NCBI GenBank assembly: GCA_029558955.1
Contig: JAKQCW010000021.1
Coordinates: 895-64,894 of the forward strand
DNA: 64,000 nt
Direction: 5' to 3'
Source: Chloroflexota bacterium
GTDB lineage: Bacteria > Chloroflexota > Anaerolineae > JAAEKA01
Shown: piece after piece, positions 18,922 through 28,789 of the stretch
How positions within the stretch are numbered: position 1 is the stretch's first letter
How the letters are laid out: every line of letters starts with the position of its first letter
Notes under the pieces: generated by a model
Database searches by the model: none
What the model saw: the letters and a program-made list of their open reading frames with translations, nothing else
Told to the model about the DNA's origin: nothing
Translations under genes and position numbers: made by a program

Positions 18922-19638
18922 TCACCAAACCGTCATGCGTCGAAACACCTCGGCCCGCGCCGCGCCGATGACCTTGCCGTGCTCTTCGTCCATGCCTTGC
19001 AGCCAATCAAGGCTTTTCATACCCTGGGGAAACTGGCTGCGGTGGGCCAGACAGGCTGCCAGCTTGGTCTCGTAGACGCTGCCCACGTCGACAAACACGT
19101 CCGGCTCGCGGTCGGTGGAGAAGAGGAAGACCCGCTGCAAACAGCCCAAGCCCGCGCCCGGCTCGCGCAGGTGTTCCGGCCGGTAGAGCGGCATCTTGGA
19201 AGGCATGTAGGCGTCGAGGGCAGCCTGGCCGGCCGCGCGGTGGTCAGGGTGAATCTGGCCGGCCCAGAAGGGGTCGAAGGTGATGAGCGTGTCGGCCTGG
19301 GTGATGCGGTAGAGGCGGGCGATCTGGGCCCGCAGCTCCAGGTCGGCCACCAGCTCGCCGTCGTGGCGACCCAGGCTGGCCACCTGCTCGATGCCGAGGA
19401 TGGCCGCGGCTTCCTCGGTTTCCAACAGACGGGTGGTGGCCAGGGCGGGCCGCGTCGCGGCCGCGTCCTGCGTGCCGATGTCGCCCAGGGTGCAGTTGAC
19501 CGAGAAGACCTGAACGCCGCGCTGGGTCAACAGCGACACCGTGCCGCCGCACAGCGTCTCCAGATCGTCCGGGTGCGCGGCCACCACGATCAGCCGCTGC
19601 ACATCGCTGAAGGCGTCAATACCGACGAGTTCTGTCAT
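18922..19638 (-). CDS. PIG-L family deacetylase (LmbE-like)
   Basis: LIVVAAHPDDLETLCGGT and the HPDH motif (GQIHPDHRAAG). Confidence 0.8.
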   Translation of the reverse strand: MTELVGIDAFSDVQRLIVVAAHPDDLETLCGGTVSLLTQRGVQVFSVNCTLGDIGTQDAAATRPALATTRLLETEEAAAILGIEQVASLGRHDGELVADLELRAQIARLYRITQADTLITFDPFWAGQIHPDHRAAGQAALDAYMPSKMPLYRPEHLREPGAGLGCLQRVFLFSTDREPDVFVDVGSVYETKLAACLAHRSQFPQGMKSLDWLQGMDEEHGKVIGAARAEVFRRMTVW

Positions 19639-20027
19639 GCACTTATTCCTTGATACATTTCCAACTGCGTCAGATCGATCACAGCGCCCGTTTCCAAGAG
19701 GAAGTCCAGGCCCACGATGCCATCCAGAGCGAAGCCATATCGCATCGCCCCGAACTCCACCGTGAAACTGCTCACCTGCAGATGTCCTACAGATAGCGAA
19801 TCTACGCTCTTGGAGAACACGTACTCTGCGCCACCAATCCCCACGACTCGATAGATCATGTCGCCTGGCTCTGCCGACAAATTTAGCGCCTCGATCTGGT
19901 CGATGGCAAGCATGGTTCCGACTGAGCCTGTATCGAGTAGCATGTTGTCCAACTCGATGGACTGATCACGGTATCGTATGATCGCTGAGACGAACGCCAA
20001 GCCATCTTCCACTCTAATTTTCATCAA
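19635..20027 (-). CDS. Retropepsin-like aspartic protease (clan AA)
   Basis: LLDTGSVGTML catalytic D-T/S-G motif, 130 aa. Lower GC than its surroundings. 4-bp overlaps with both neighbours. Confidence 0.75.
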   Translation of the reverse strand: MMKIRVEDGLAFVSAIIRYRDQSIELDNMLLDTGSVGTMLAIDQIEALNLSAEPGDMIYRVVGIGGAEYVFSKSVDSLSVGHLQVSSFTVEFGAMRYGFALDGIVGLDFLLETGAVIDLTQLEMYQGISA

Positions 20028-20320
20028 CGACCTCTGACGCCTGACCAGTTTCGCTGAAGAATGTCGAGAAGCTCGCGATCCGTATGCACAACGTAGAACT
20101 CACGTTCTGGGGCTTGCTCATGGAAATTGACGTAGCATCGCAACGCGGAGCGTGAGTCTGGAAACGAGTTGACCACTGCCAGGTCCTCAACAACTCGTTG
20201 CCTTCCTTCGGTATGCGCCTTGATCGCTTCTATCAAGAGCCACTGAGACGGGAACTGTTCCCGTGCTTGTTGCCATCTCATAAGAACCTCCTGTTTCTCG
20301 CACTGGTCCTGCGTGGCCAT
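20024..20320 (-). CDS. Hypothetical small protein co-operonic with the aspartic protease
   Basis: 98-aa ORF translationally coupled (4-bp overlap). Low GC. Confidence 0.5.
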   Translation of the reverse strand: MATQDQCEKQEVLMRWQQAREQFPSQWLLIEAIKAHTEGRQRVVEDLAVVNSFPDSRSALRCYVNFHEQAPEREFYVVHTDRELLDILQRNWSGVRGR

Positions 20321-20398
20321 TCTAGCACGCCCCTCGTTTTCTCACAAGTCACCCCCGCCCGTTACCCCCTCTGGTCGTGCCGTGGTATAATCCCGGCC

Positions 20399-21088
20399 AT
20401 GTTCGACACGCTCCCAGCGCTGCATCGCGAGCTCAGCGCCTGCCGTCTCTGCGCCGAGGCGGGCCATTTTATCGTCTCGCCGCCGATCTTCTCCGGGCCG
20501 GCCGGCGCGCGGCTGATGATCGTCGGCCAGGCGCCGGGGCGGATGGAGCAAGAACGCACCCACCGCCCCTTCAGCGGGCCGGCCGGCAAGCGGCTCTTCC
20601 GCTGGCTGGCCGAGGCCGGCTGGGCCGAGGAAGCGTTCCGCGCCGCCAACTACATGACCGCCATCACCAAGTGCTATCCTGGCCCGCACCCGGCCGGCCG
20701 CGGCGACCGGGTGCCCGGCAAGGAGGAGCAGGCCCTGTGCCGGCCCTGGCTGGAACAGGAGCTGGCCCTGGTGCAGCCGCAGGTGGTCATTCCCGTCGGC
20801 GGGCTGTCGATCCAGCGTTTCCTGGGCAACGGCGCGCGGCTGGTGGAGATCATCGGCCGCGCCTTCGTCCGTCCGACCGACGACCAGCAGTTCACACCCT
20901 GGGCGCAGCAGCATCTGCCGCCCCGCTGCCAGGTCATCCCGCTGCCGCACCCCTCCGGCGCGTCGCAGTGGTTCAACGTCCCGGCCAACCAGGCCCTCCT
21001 GCACCAGGCGTTGGCGCATGTGCGGGCGGCAGGGCGGGATAGCGTTGTGTTTGGCGGGTTTTCAGCAGGCGGTCTGAGTAGCCCGTAA
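20399..21088 (+). CDS. Uracil-DNA glycosylase superfamily protein (family 4/5-like)
   Basis: LMIVGQAPG (GEAPG-type motif), the N-terminal CRLC cysteine pair and HPSGAS near the C-terminus. Confidence 0.8.
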   Translation: MFDTLPALHRELSACRLCAEAGHFIVSPPIFSGPAGARLMIVGQAPGRMEQERTHRPFSGPAGKRLFRWLAEAGWAEEAFRAANYMTAITKCYPGPHPAGRGDRVPGKEEQALCRPWLEQELALVQPQVVIPVGGLSIQRFLGNGARLVEIIGRAFVRPTDDQQFTPWAQQHLPPRCQVIPLPHPSGASQWFNVPANQALLHQALAHVRAAGRDSVVFGGFSAGGLSSP

Positions 21089-21159
21089 TGCGTAATGCGT
21101 AATGCGTAACCGGATGGAGATGTGCAATGGGTGTGAGCATGAGAAGAACGCCCTGTCCG

Positions 21160-21375
21160 TCACAGCCACCGTCCGCGCTTCCGGTTACGGTTACGCATTA
21201 CGCACCGCTGAGTTCCAGCACGAACGACGCGCCGCATGCACCGCAGCCGCCGTCCGCGCTTCCGGTTACGCATTACGCATTACGCACCGCTGCGTTCCAG
21301 CACGAACGACGCGTCACACGCACCGCAGCCGCCGTCCGCGCTTCCGGTTACGCATTACGCATTACTTTTTCTTGG
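21160..21375. repeat. About 84-bp tandem unit (x~2.7) containing ccggttacgcattacgcattac heptamer runs, upstream of pepA; preceded at 21084-21112 by an inverted (gtaatgc)3 array
   Basis: Read directly. cgtccgcgcttccggttacgcattacgc...cgctg.gttccagcacgaacgacgcg repeats three times. Confidence 0.8.
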
Positions 21376-21439
21376 CGAATGATCCGAGTCATCCGCCACT
21401 CGCAATACAAATCTCCAGCCCACAACGAAAGGTAAAACC

Positions 21440-22954
21440 ATGCAATTTCACGTCAAACAAGGCTCCGTGCAGGACGAGGCGGCCGATCTGTTGGTTGTCA
21501 ATCTGTTCGAGGGCGTCGCTGAGCCGGGCGGCGCGCTGAAGGCGGTGGATCAGGCGCTCCACGGCCTGGTCACGCAGGTCATCGCCGCCGGCGATGTCAA
21601 GGGCAAGCTGGGCGAGACCCAGGTGCTCTACAGCAACGGCGCGCTGCCCGCGCCGCGGGTGCTGATCGCCGGCCTGGGCAAACAGGCTGATTTCGGCGTG
21701 GCTCAGGCGCGCAAGGCCGCGGCCGCGGCCGCCAAGAAGGCGCGTGAGCTGGGTGTAACCCGCCTGGCCACCGTCGTCCACGGCGCGGGCGCGGGCGGTC
21801 TGGACCCCGCGGCCGCGGCCGCGGCTCTGGTCGAGGGCACGCTACTGGGCAACTACCGCTACCGCGGCTACAAGCGCGCAGAGGGGGACAACGGCAAGCC
21901 GGAGCTGGCTGAGGTGGTGGTGCTGGAGGCCGACGCCGGCAAGCTGGCCGCGGTGCAGCAGGGGGTGGCCGCCGGCCAGGTGGTGGGCGAGGCCGCCAAC
22001 TGGGCGCGCGATCTGATCAATGAGCCGCCCAACTACCTGACCCCCAGCGAGATGGCGCGGCGCGTGGTGCAGCGGGCCGAGGCCGTCGGGCTGAAAGCGC
22101 AGGTGCTGGGCGAGGGCGAAATGGCCGAGCTGGGCATGGGCTCCCTGCTGGGCATTTCCCGCGGCAGCGACGAAGAGGCGCAGTTCATCATCCTGGAGCA
22201 CATTCCCCAGGGCGTGGATCCCGCCAGCCTGTCCACCGTGGCGCTGGTGGGCAAGGCCATCACCTTCGACACCGGCGGCATCAGCATCAAGCCGGCTGAG
22301 AACATGTGGAAGATGAAGGGCGACATGGGCGGCGGCGCGGCCACCGCGGCCGCCCTGGTGGCGGCCGCCAGCCTCAACCTGCCGGTGCATGCCGTGGGGC
22401 TGATCGCGGCCAGCGAGAACATGCCGGGCGGCGACGCGATCAAGCCCAGCGACGTGGTGACGGCCATGAACGGCAAGACGGTGGAGATCATCAGCACCGA
22501 CGCCGAGGGCCGCCAGGTGTTGGCCGACGCCATGTGCTATGCGGCGCGCTACCAGCCCGATGCCATGGTGGACATCGCCACCCTGACCGGCGCGATCGGC
22601 ATCGCGCTGGGGTCGGATCTGGCTGGGCTGTTCTGCGACGACGAGACCCTGCGCGGCCGGCTGACCGCGGCCAGTGAGCTGACCGGCGAGTCGGTCTGGC
22701 CCATGCCGCTCTGGAAGCCCTACCGCAAGCTGTTGGACACCGACGCGGCCGACATGAAGCACACGGGCGGCCGGCTGGGCGGATCGATCACCGCAGCGCT
22801 TTTCCTGAAAGAGTTCGCCGGCGAGCAGCCATGGGCGCACCTGGACATCGCCAGCGTCTCGTGGCAGGAAGAGAACAGCGCCTTCGCAGTGCGCGGGGCC
22901 AGCGGCTTCGGCGCACGGCTGCTGCTGGAGCTGCTGCGCGCGTATGGGCAGTGA
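21440..22954 (+). CDS. pepA: Leucyl aminopeptidase (M17)
   Basis: VGKAITFDTGGISIKP, NTDAEGR-like STDAEGRQVLADAMCYA, and other M17 motifs. Confidence 0.9.
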   Translation: MQFHVKQGSVQDEAADLLVVNLFEGVAEPGGALKAVDQALHGLVTQVIAAGDVKGKLGETQVLYSNGALPAPRVLIAGLGKQADFGVAQARKAAAAAAKKARELGVTRLATVVHGAGAGGLDPAAAAAALVEGTLLGNYRYRGYKRAEGDNGKPELAEVVVLEADAGKLAAVQQGVAAGQVVGEAANWARDLINEPPNYLTPSEMARRVVQRAEAVGLKAQVLGEGEMAELGMGSLLGISRGSDEEAQFIILEHIPQGVDPASLSTVALVGKAITFDTGGISIKPAENMWKMKGDMGGGAATAAALVAAASLNLPVHAVGLIAASENMPGGDAIKPSDVVTAMNGKTVEIISTDAEGRQVLADAMCYAARYQPDAMVDIATLTGAIGIALGSDLAGLFCDDETLRGRLTAASELTGESVWPMPLWKPYRKLLDTDAADMKHTGGRLGGSITAALFLKEFAGEQPWAHLDIASVSWQEENSAFAVRGASGFGARLLLELLRAYGQ

Positions 22955-23191
22955 TCGGTGATCGGTGATCGGTAAGCGGTAAACGGTATCCCGGCGTGGG
23001 GGCAGTTGTCGCCCCACGCCGGGGCCATCGATACGCTGGTCAGCGCCGAAGAACGGCGAGGCCTATCGACGTTGAGAAGCTGTTTGAAGGGCCTCGGATT
23101 CCGGTGGCTGGAAAGCACCGGCTGACAATACAAAGGCCCCTCAGGGCCTGGGATTCCTCAATCCATCAACCCGCCCATTCCCCACCAACCG

Positions 23192-23280
23192 TTCACCGTT
23201 TACCGTTTACCGTTTACCGTTTACCGTTCACCGTTCACCGTTCACCGTTCACCGTTCACCATTCACCATTCACCATCCCC
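23192..23280. repeat. Heptamer tandem array (ccgttta/ccgttca/ccattca x~13) immediately upstream of the MFS gene ATG; an inverted partner (cggtgatcggtgatcggtaagcggtaaacgg) lies at 22955-22990
   Basis: Read directly. Confidence 0.85.
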
Positions 23281-23281
23281 C

Positions 23282-24502
23282 ATGTCCCCCACCCCCATCC
23301 GCTCCTACTCCTACCGCTGGGTCGTGCTCCTGGCCTTCATGGCTGTGATCTTCGTCAACCAGATCCTCTGGATCACCTTTGCCTCGGTCACGGGGCCGGC
23401 CGCGGCCTTTTATGGCGTGTCCGACCTGGCCATCGCCGCGCTGGCGCTGAGCTTCATGGTGGTCTACATCTTCGTCTCGATTCCCGCCTCGTGGGTCATC
23501 GACACCTATGGTCTGCGGGTGGGGATCGGGATCGGCGCTGTGCTGACCGGCGTCTTTGGCCTGCTGCGCGGCCTGGGCGGCGACAGCTACACCACCGTGT
23601 TGATCGCCCAGATCGGCATCGCCGCGGCGCAGCCCTTCCTGCTCAACGCCATCACCGCGGTGGCGGCCCGTTGGTTCCCGCTGGGCGAACGGGCCACCGC
23701 GTCCGGCCTGGCCACGCTCTCCATGTACGCCGGCCAGGTCACCGCCCTGGCGCTGACCCCCTTCCTGATGCTGGCGACCAGCATTCCGGCGGTGCTCCTG
23801 ATCTACGGCGTCGCCGCGGTGATCGGTGCGCTGATCTTCCTGATCTTCGCCAGGGAGCGGCCGCCGACGCCAGCCTCAGCCGCCGGCGCCGACGAGCGGG
23901 CGCTGGTCTTCGATGGCATCAAGCTGGCCCTGCGCCAGCGCGACTTCCTGCTGACCCTGCTGATCTTCTTCATCGGCCTGGGGGTGTTCAACGGCGTGGT
24001 GACCTGGATCGAGGACATCGTGCGGCCGAGGGGCTTCACGCCGATCCAGGCGGGGCTGGTGGGTGCGCTGCTGGTGGGCGGCGGGGTGCTGGGTGCGCTG
24101 ATTCTGCCGGCGCTCTCCGATCGCTACCGGCGACGCGTGCCCTTCATCGTGCTGGCCCTGGCCGCGTCCACCGTGGGACTGGCGGGCATCACCTTTGCCG
24201 GCCAGTACGGCTGGCTGCTGGCCGGGGCGGCGGTGATGGGCTTCTTCCTGCTGGCGGCCGGCCCCATCGGTTTTCAATACGGCGCTGAGGTGGCCTATCC
24301 CGCGCCCGAAGGGACCACCAACGGCCTGCTGCTGATGATCGGCCAGGTGTCGGGCATCCTCTTCATCCTGGCCATGGACCTCTTCAAAGACCCCGCCACC
24401 GGCTCCATGACCCCGGCGCTGCTGGCGTTGATCGGGCTGATGGTCGTGGGCGTGCTGCTCTCCACCCGGCTGCGCGAGTCGAAGATGATCACCGGGGCAT
24501 AG
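23282..24502 (+). CDS. MFS transporter
   Basis: 12 predicted TM segments. The conserved R/K-rich loop after TM6 (SDRYRRRVPFIV) follows the MFS pattern. Confidence 0.85.
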   Translation: MSPTPIRSYSYRWVVLLAFMAVIFVNQILWITFASVTGPAAAFYGVSDLAIAALALSFMVVYIFVSIPASWVIDTYGLRVGIGIGAVLTGVFGLLRGLGGDSYTTVLIAQIGIAAAQPFLLNAITAVAARWFPLGERATASGLATLSMYAGQVTALALTPFLMLATSIPAVLLIYGVAAVIGALIFLIFARERPPTPASAAGADERALVFDGIKLALRQRDFLLTLLIFFIGLGVFNGVVTWIEDIVRPRGFTPIQAGLVGALLVGGGVLGALILPALSDRYRRRVPFIVLALAASTVGLAGITFAGQYGWLLAGAAVMGFFLLAAGPIGFQYGAEVAYPAPEGTTNGLLLMIGQVSGILFILAMDLFKDPATGSMTPALLALIGLMVVGVLLSTRLRESKMITGA

Positions 24503-24503
24503 T

Positions 24504-27353
24504 TCATAGGATGAGTTTCATGACGGCGTCGACGGCCTCGTCCAAGGTCATGCGGCTTCCGTCCGATTTCAGCTCTGCAAAGTGGGTAGCGTCAAGCAGT
24601 TCACGAGCTGCAGATTCGCAAGAGTCGTAGCCCACGCGTTCAACAGGGGGGAGCGGAGTGCCGAGGCGCTGGCGCAGGCTTTCGGAGCAGCCTAACAGTC
24701 GGGCGGCATGGGCCGGCTGGCCTTGCGCGGCCAAGACGCGGGCCAGACCCTCAAGACAGACTGGGGTGTTGATTGCTCTTTCTGCCTGGCGCAGCTTGAT
24801 CAAACCATAGCGAAAACACGCGGCTGCTTTGGACCATTCGCCATGCTGGCAAGCCAGCTCTCCCAGTCCGATGGCTGTCAGGCTAAGGTCGATTGTTTCC
24901 TGCCTGCCGCTGAGCAGCAGCCAGCTTTGATCCAGGTCCTTGGCAGCTTCTGACAGATTCCCCTCGCACAGGGTCAGGCGTCCGCGATGGGCCAGCACGA
25001 AGCCCTCCAGCCACCGGTAGGCGTCGTGATCGTGCAAGCGGGAAGCATCCAGACATTCGCCGAACCGTTGACGGGCCCGCGTCAGGTCTCCTGATCGAAA
25101 TGCGATGATCCCGAGGCAGTAGAGGGTCCACGAGCTTTCCCAATCATCATGCCATACGCGCATGATGTCCAGCGCTTCAGAGCACGAGGCCTGCGCCAGG
25201 GCATAGTCTCCCTGGTCGTTGGCCACCTCTCCCAGCTTGTTGAGCAGGGCGGCCACCATCACCTGGTTCCCGATGTCGCGGAATGCGGCCAGACTCTGCT
25301 CGATGATGGGGCGGCCAGCCGTTGCCCCCTCGCATTGCCATACGTCCAGGCCAAGATACTGCAAGGAGGGGCCGAGCAGCCAGCGGTCGCCAGCAATGCG
25401 CGCGCCGGCTGCGGCCTCGCGAAGATGCCTGTGCCACGCGGTCCAATCCGCTTGTTGATAGGCGACCAAGGCTAGTGTGCGGTGACAGACGCTCACGCCC
25501 CACGAGTCAGACATCATCTGCCAGATCTCCAGGCCTTGGTTGCCCAGAGAACGCGCCTGGTCGTAGTCTCCTTGCTCGATCGCAAGCCGCGCCAGGTTCT
25601 GTAACGCATAGGCTTTGCCCCAGGCGTCGCTCAGTTGATCGAATCTGCTCAGGGTTTCCTGAAGAATCGCATGTCGCTGCACACTGTCGACATCCCAGAT
25701 CAACAATGTGGCGTAGCCAAGCAGCGCCCGAGCATACCAACCGGAATGAAGCAAGGCCGGTTCTGCTTCCGCTGCGGCCAGCGCCTGACGAACCCACTGC
25801 CGACCCTCGATCTCGAAGCCGCGAATGTGCCAGTAATAGAACATTGCGCCGGTCAGCCGCAGGGCTTTGTCAACCCAGCCATTCTCCAGCGCTGCACTGA
25901 TGGCTGCCCGCACGTTGTCCCGTTCCAAATTGAGCCGGTCGATCCAGACCAGCTGCTCCTGCGTGCGCAAGTGCAAAGCACACTCTTCGGCGAGCTCCAT
26001 CAGATGCGTCGCGTGGAGCGCGCGGGCCTTCGTTTTCTCCCCGCTCTGATCCAAGCGTTCCAGCCCGTATTCCCGCACTGTCTCCAGCATGATGTAGCGT
26101 GACAGCCCGCGCTGATCAGCTTCCCGCAACAGCAGGCTCTTGCCCAGCAAAGAGGCTATGCTGCCGAAGACCTGGGCCGGCGACAGCACATCCTCACACA
26201 TCATCTCCGCTGCCTGCAATGTACAGCCGCCGACGAACACCGCCAGGCGCATGAACAAGGTTTGTTCATTGGGCGTCAGCAGGTCATAGCTCCAGCCGAT
26301 CGCCCCGCGCAGCGTCCGCTGGCGTTCTGATACATCGCGCAGGCCGTCGCTGGAAAGCAGCCACGGCCCGTGCAAGCGCTTGAGCAGCTCGGTCGGAGCG
26401 AACAGCTTGACCCGCGCCGCCACCAGTTCGATGGCCAGCGGCAGCCCGTCCAGCCGGCGACACATCTCGACCACGGCCGCGGCGTTGTCGTCGGTGATGG
26501 CGAAGTCGGGCAACACGGCCTCGGCGCGCTCGGCAAACAGGGCTACGGCCGCATAGCGCAGTGCGTCGGCGCCTGTCAGCGCGCTGGCGTCTGGCTGTAC
26601 GGCCGGCAGAGCCAGGGGATGCACGGTCATCTGCCGTTCTCCGCGGATCCCCAGCGGTTGGCGGCTGGTGACCATGATGTGCAGCCAGGGAGAGCGCCGC
26701 AGCAGATCCTCCACCAGCGGCGCGGCGGCGACGATCTGCTCGAAGTTGTCCAGCACCAGCAGCAAATGCTTCTCCTCCAGCCAAGCCCGCAGTTGGTGTT
26801 CGGGCGGGTTGGCCCCGCTCATCTCCAGCCCCAGAGCCTGGATGATGGCCGACGGGACCAGGGCCGGGTCGCTGACCGGTCCCAGACGCACGAAGAAGAC
26901 ACCCTGTTCGAAGTGTTCCAGCGCCTCCTCGGCCACGGCCAGCGCCAGCCGGGTCTTGCCGACGCCGGGCGGACCGATCAGGGTGATCAGGCGTGCGTCA
27001 TCAGAGAGCAGCCGTTTGCGCAGCGCGGCGATATCGCGGCTGCGTCCCAGCAAGGGCGTCAGTTGGGCGGGCAGGTTGTGGGGGCGCTGTGGCCGCAGCA
27101 GGCGCGCGCGCGCAGAAAAGTCGCCCTTTGCGCCGCGTGCCAGGGCGACCATGCCGGGCAGATCAGCCTCGGCGACGGCCAGCGCCCTGGCCAGGGACGC
27201 GGCCAGCGCGGCCGAGGGGTGCAGGTCGCCGCCCTCGATCTTGCGCAGCGACACCTCCGCGCAACCGACCTGCTGGGCCAGTTCCTTTTGTGTCAGATGG
27301 AGCGCCCTGCGGCGCTGCTTGAGCCAGTGGCCAAAATTGCCCTTGTCAGCCAT
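24504..27353 (-). CDS. STAND NTPase-type regulator: XRE-family HTH + NB-ARC/AAA ATPase + TPR repeats
   Basis: N-terminus FGHWLKQRRRALHLTQKELAQQVGCAEVSLRKIEGG (HTH). Walker A LIGPPGVGKTRLALAVAE, Walker B LLLVLDNFEQ. The C-terminal ~500 aa are TPR-like. Start taken at MADKGNF. Confidence 0.8.
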   Translation of the reverse strand: MADKGNFGHWLKQRRRALHLTQKELAQQVGCAEVSLRKIEGGDLHPSAALAASLARALAVAEADLPGMVALARGAKGDFSARARLLRPQRPHNLPAQLTPLLGRSRDIAALRKRLLSDDARLITLIGPPGVGKTRLALAVAEEALEHFEQGVFFVRLGPVSDPALVPSAIIQALGLEMSGANPPEHQLRAWLEEKHLLLVLDNFEQIVAAAPLVEDLLRRSPWLHIMVTSRQPLGIRGERQMTVHPLALPAVQPDASALTGADALRYAAVALFAERAEAVLPDFAITDDNAAAVVEMCRRLDGLPLAIELVAARVKLFAPTELLKRLHGPWLLSSDGLRDVSERQRTLRGAIGWSYDLLTPNEQTLFMRLAVFVGGCTLQAAEMMCEDVLSPAQVFGSIASLLGKSLLLREADQRGLSRYIMLETVREYGLERLDQSGEKTKARALHATHLMELAEECALHLRTQEQLVWIDRLNLERDNVRAAISAALENGWVDKALRLTGAMFYYWHIRGFEIEGRQWVRQALAAAEAEPALLHSGWYARALLGYATLLIWDVDSVQRHAILQETLSRFDQLSDAWGKAYALQNLARLAIEQGDYDQARSLGNQGLEIWQMMSDSWGVSVCHRTLALVAYQQADWTAWHRHLREAAAGARIAGDRWLLGPSLQYLGLDVWQCEGATAGRPIIEQSLAAFRDIGNQVMVAALLNKLGEVANDQGDYALAQASCSEALDIMRVWHDDWESSWTLYCLGIIAFRSGDLTRARQRFGECLDASRLHDHDAYRWLEGFVLAHRGRLTLCEGNLSEAAKDLDQSWLLLSGRQETIDLSLTAIGLGELACQHGEWSKAAACFRYGLIKLRQAERAINTPVCLEGLARVLAAQGQPAHAARLLGCSESLRQRLGTPLPPVERVGYDSCESAARELLDATHFAELKSDGSRMTLDEAVDAVMKLIL

Positions 27354-27614
27354 ACACACGTCTCCCACAGGGGTCGCAGACCGCGACGTTCAACGCTGTT
27401 CAACTGCCATGCCCTGACGGCTCTTTGGGGCCGCCGCGCCAGAATTATATCACAAAACTATCGGTTTTGATATCGCAAATAGCTGTCAATAGTTGTACAA
27501 ACCAGGTATCATGAGCAGCAACGAATGGTGCAAAGTTGGCAGCCGGAACCGTGATTCTGGAAAGAGGATTTGCGCCGAAACAGATTGGGAGCTTGCCCCG
27601 TTGGGAGATACGCC

Positions 27615-28004
27615 ATGAACATCCTGGCAGCGGTTATAATCATGCTGGTTAGCGTCGTTCCATTGATAACGAGAAACCCTCACCATCTTCCCATCGCCTA
27701 CGATGATCAGTATCACCTTGCCCATCAGGCGCGCTTTGTCGATATCCCCGTGCTTGGCAACGATATCGACGCGGGGGCGGGGACCTTGCGGGTGGTAGCG
27801 GTGGGCGGAGTGAACGGGGGCAGGGCGGAGATCATCGAGGGCAGAACAGTGCGGGTTACTGTTGATTGGGCCAGCTATGCCGTCTGGTCCGGCGCTGGCG
27901 GCCCCCCTGGCAGAGTGGCCTACGGGTACTACATCATCAGCAACGGCTATGCCCGATCGCAGGGCATGTGGGCGGTCTGGTACCTGCCAGACATGATAGT
28001 TTGA
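27615..28004 (+). CDS. Small secreted cadherin-like/Ig-like single-domain protein (paralog 1)
   Basis: Signal-peptide-like MNILAAVIIMLVSVVPL. Motif VDIPVLGNDIDAGAGTLRVVAV...TVRVTVDW (VLxNDxD cadherin-like signature). Confidence 0.6.
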   Translation: MNILAAVIIMLVSVVPLITRNPHHLPIAYDDQYHLAHQARFVDIPVLGNDIDAGAGTLRVVAVGGVNGGRAEIIEGRTVRVTVDWASYAVWSGAGGPPGRVAYGYYIISNGYARSQGMWAVWYLPDMIV

Positions 28005-28129
28005 ACCAGCCGCTGCAAGCGCCTGGCAGCAACGGGGGCGTCCCTGCCGCGCAAGAACCCGTTCCCCGGGGCGCCTGCTGGCCACCGATAGTTTTGCGTC
28101 TTCGCGTTCGTGCAGCAAGGAGGTATACC

Positions 28130-28564
28130 ATGAAGCATGCAGCCATTCTCGTGCTCCTGATCATCGCGCTCAGTCTGACGGCTGTTGCAGCCCACGCGGG
28201 CGACCCGCGCAACGAGCCGCCCATCGCCAACAATGACGAAATCGTCCTCGGTTCCTGCCCGATGGCCATCGTCGACATCCCTGTGCTGGACAATGACTTC
28301 GACCCTGAGGGGCGGAATCTTAGAGTCACCCGTGTGTCGCTGATCAAGGGTGGCCAGGCCGTGATCAGCGACGGCAAGATCGTGCGGGTCATCATCGACT
28401 GGTCGTCGGACAACGGCGACGCGTTTGGCCTGGTCGCCCACGGCGCCTATTTCGTCAGTGATGGCTTGGCCGAGAGCAAGGCCGAGTGGTTTGTGTGTTA
28501 CTGGCCCGAGAGCCATGCCTTAGCTCTGGCTGCGCAGCCCTTTGGCTGCGATCCCGCCCAATAA
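28130..28564 (+). CDS. Small secreted cadherin-like/Ig-like single-domain protein (paralog 2)
   Basis: Strong RBS AAGGAGG. Signal peptide MKHAAILVLLIIALSLTAVAAHA. VDIPVLDNDFDPEGRNLRVTRV...IVRVIIDW. Confidence 0.65.
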   Translation: MKHAAILVLLIIALSLTAVAAHAGDPRNEPPIANNDEIVLGSCPMAIVDIPVLDNDFDPEGRNLRVTRVSLIKGGQAVISDGKIVRVIIDWSSDNGDAFGLVAHGAYFVSDGLAESKAEWFVCYWPESHALALAAQPFGCDPAQ

Positions 28565-28789
28565 GGCCGTGCGGGCTTTGACTGAGGCACCCACAGGACA
28601 TCCACGCCCAGTTGGGCGTGGATGTCCACCTCGAATCTGGCCCAGGCGACCGGATTGGGTTACAGCGTCTGCTACCCGCGGTGAGCAACATCTCCGCTGA
28701 ACCCAGCGGCTGCGTCAACCCCCAATAGCTCAGGCCAGGTGAACGAACTCCGTCCAGTTGGGCGTCATCATAAAATGTGAGGGACTGGC

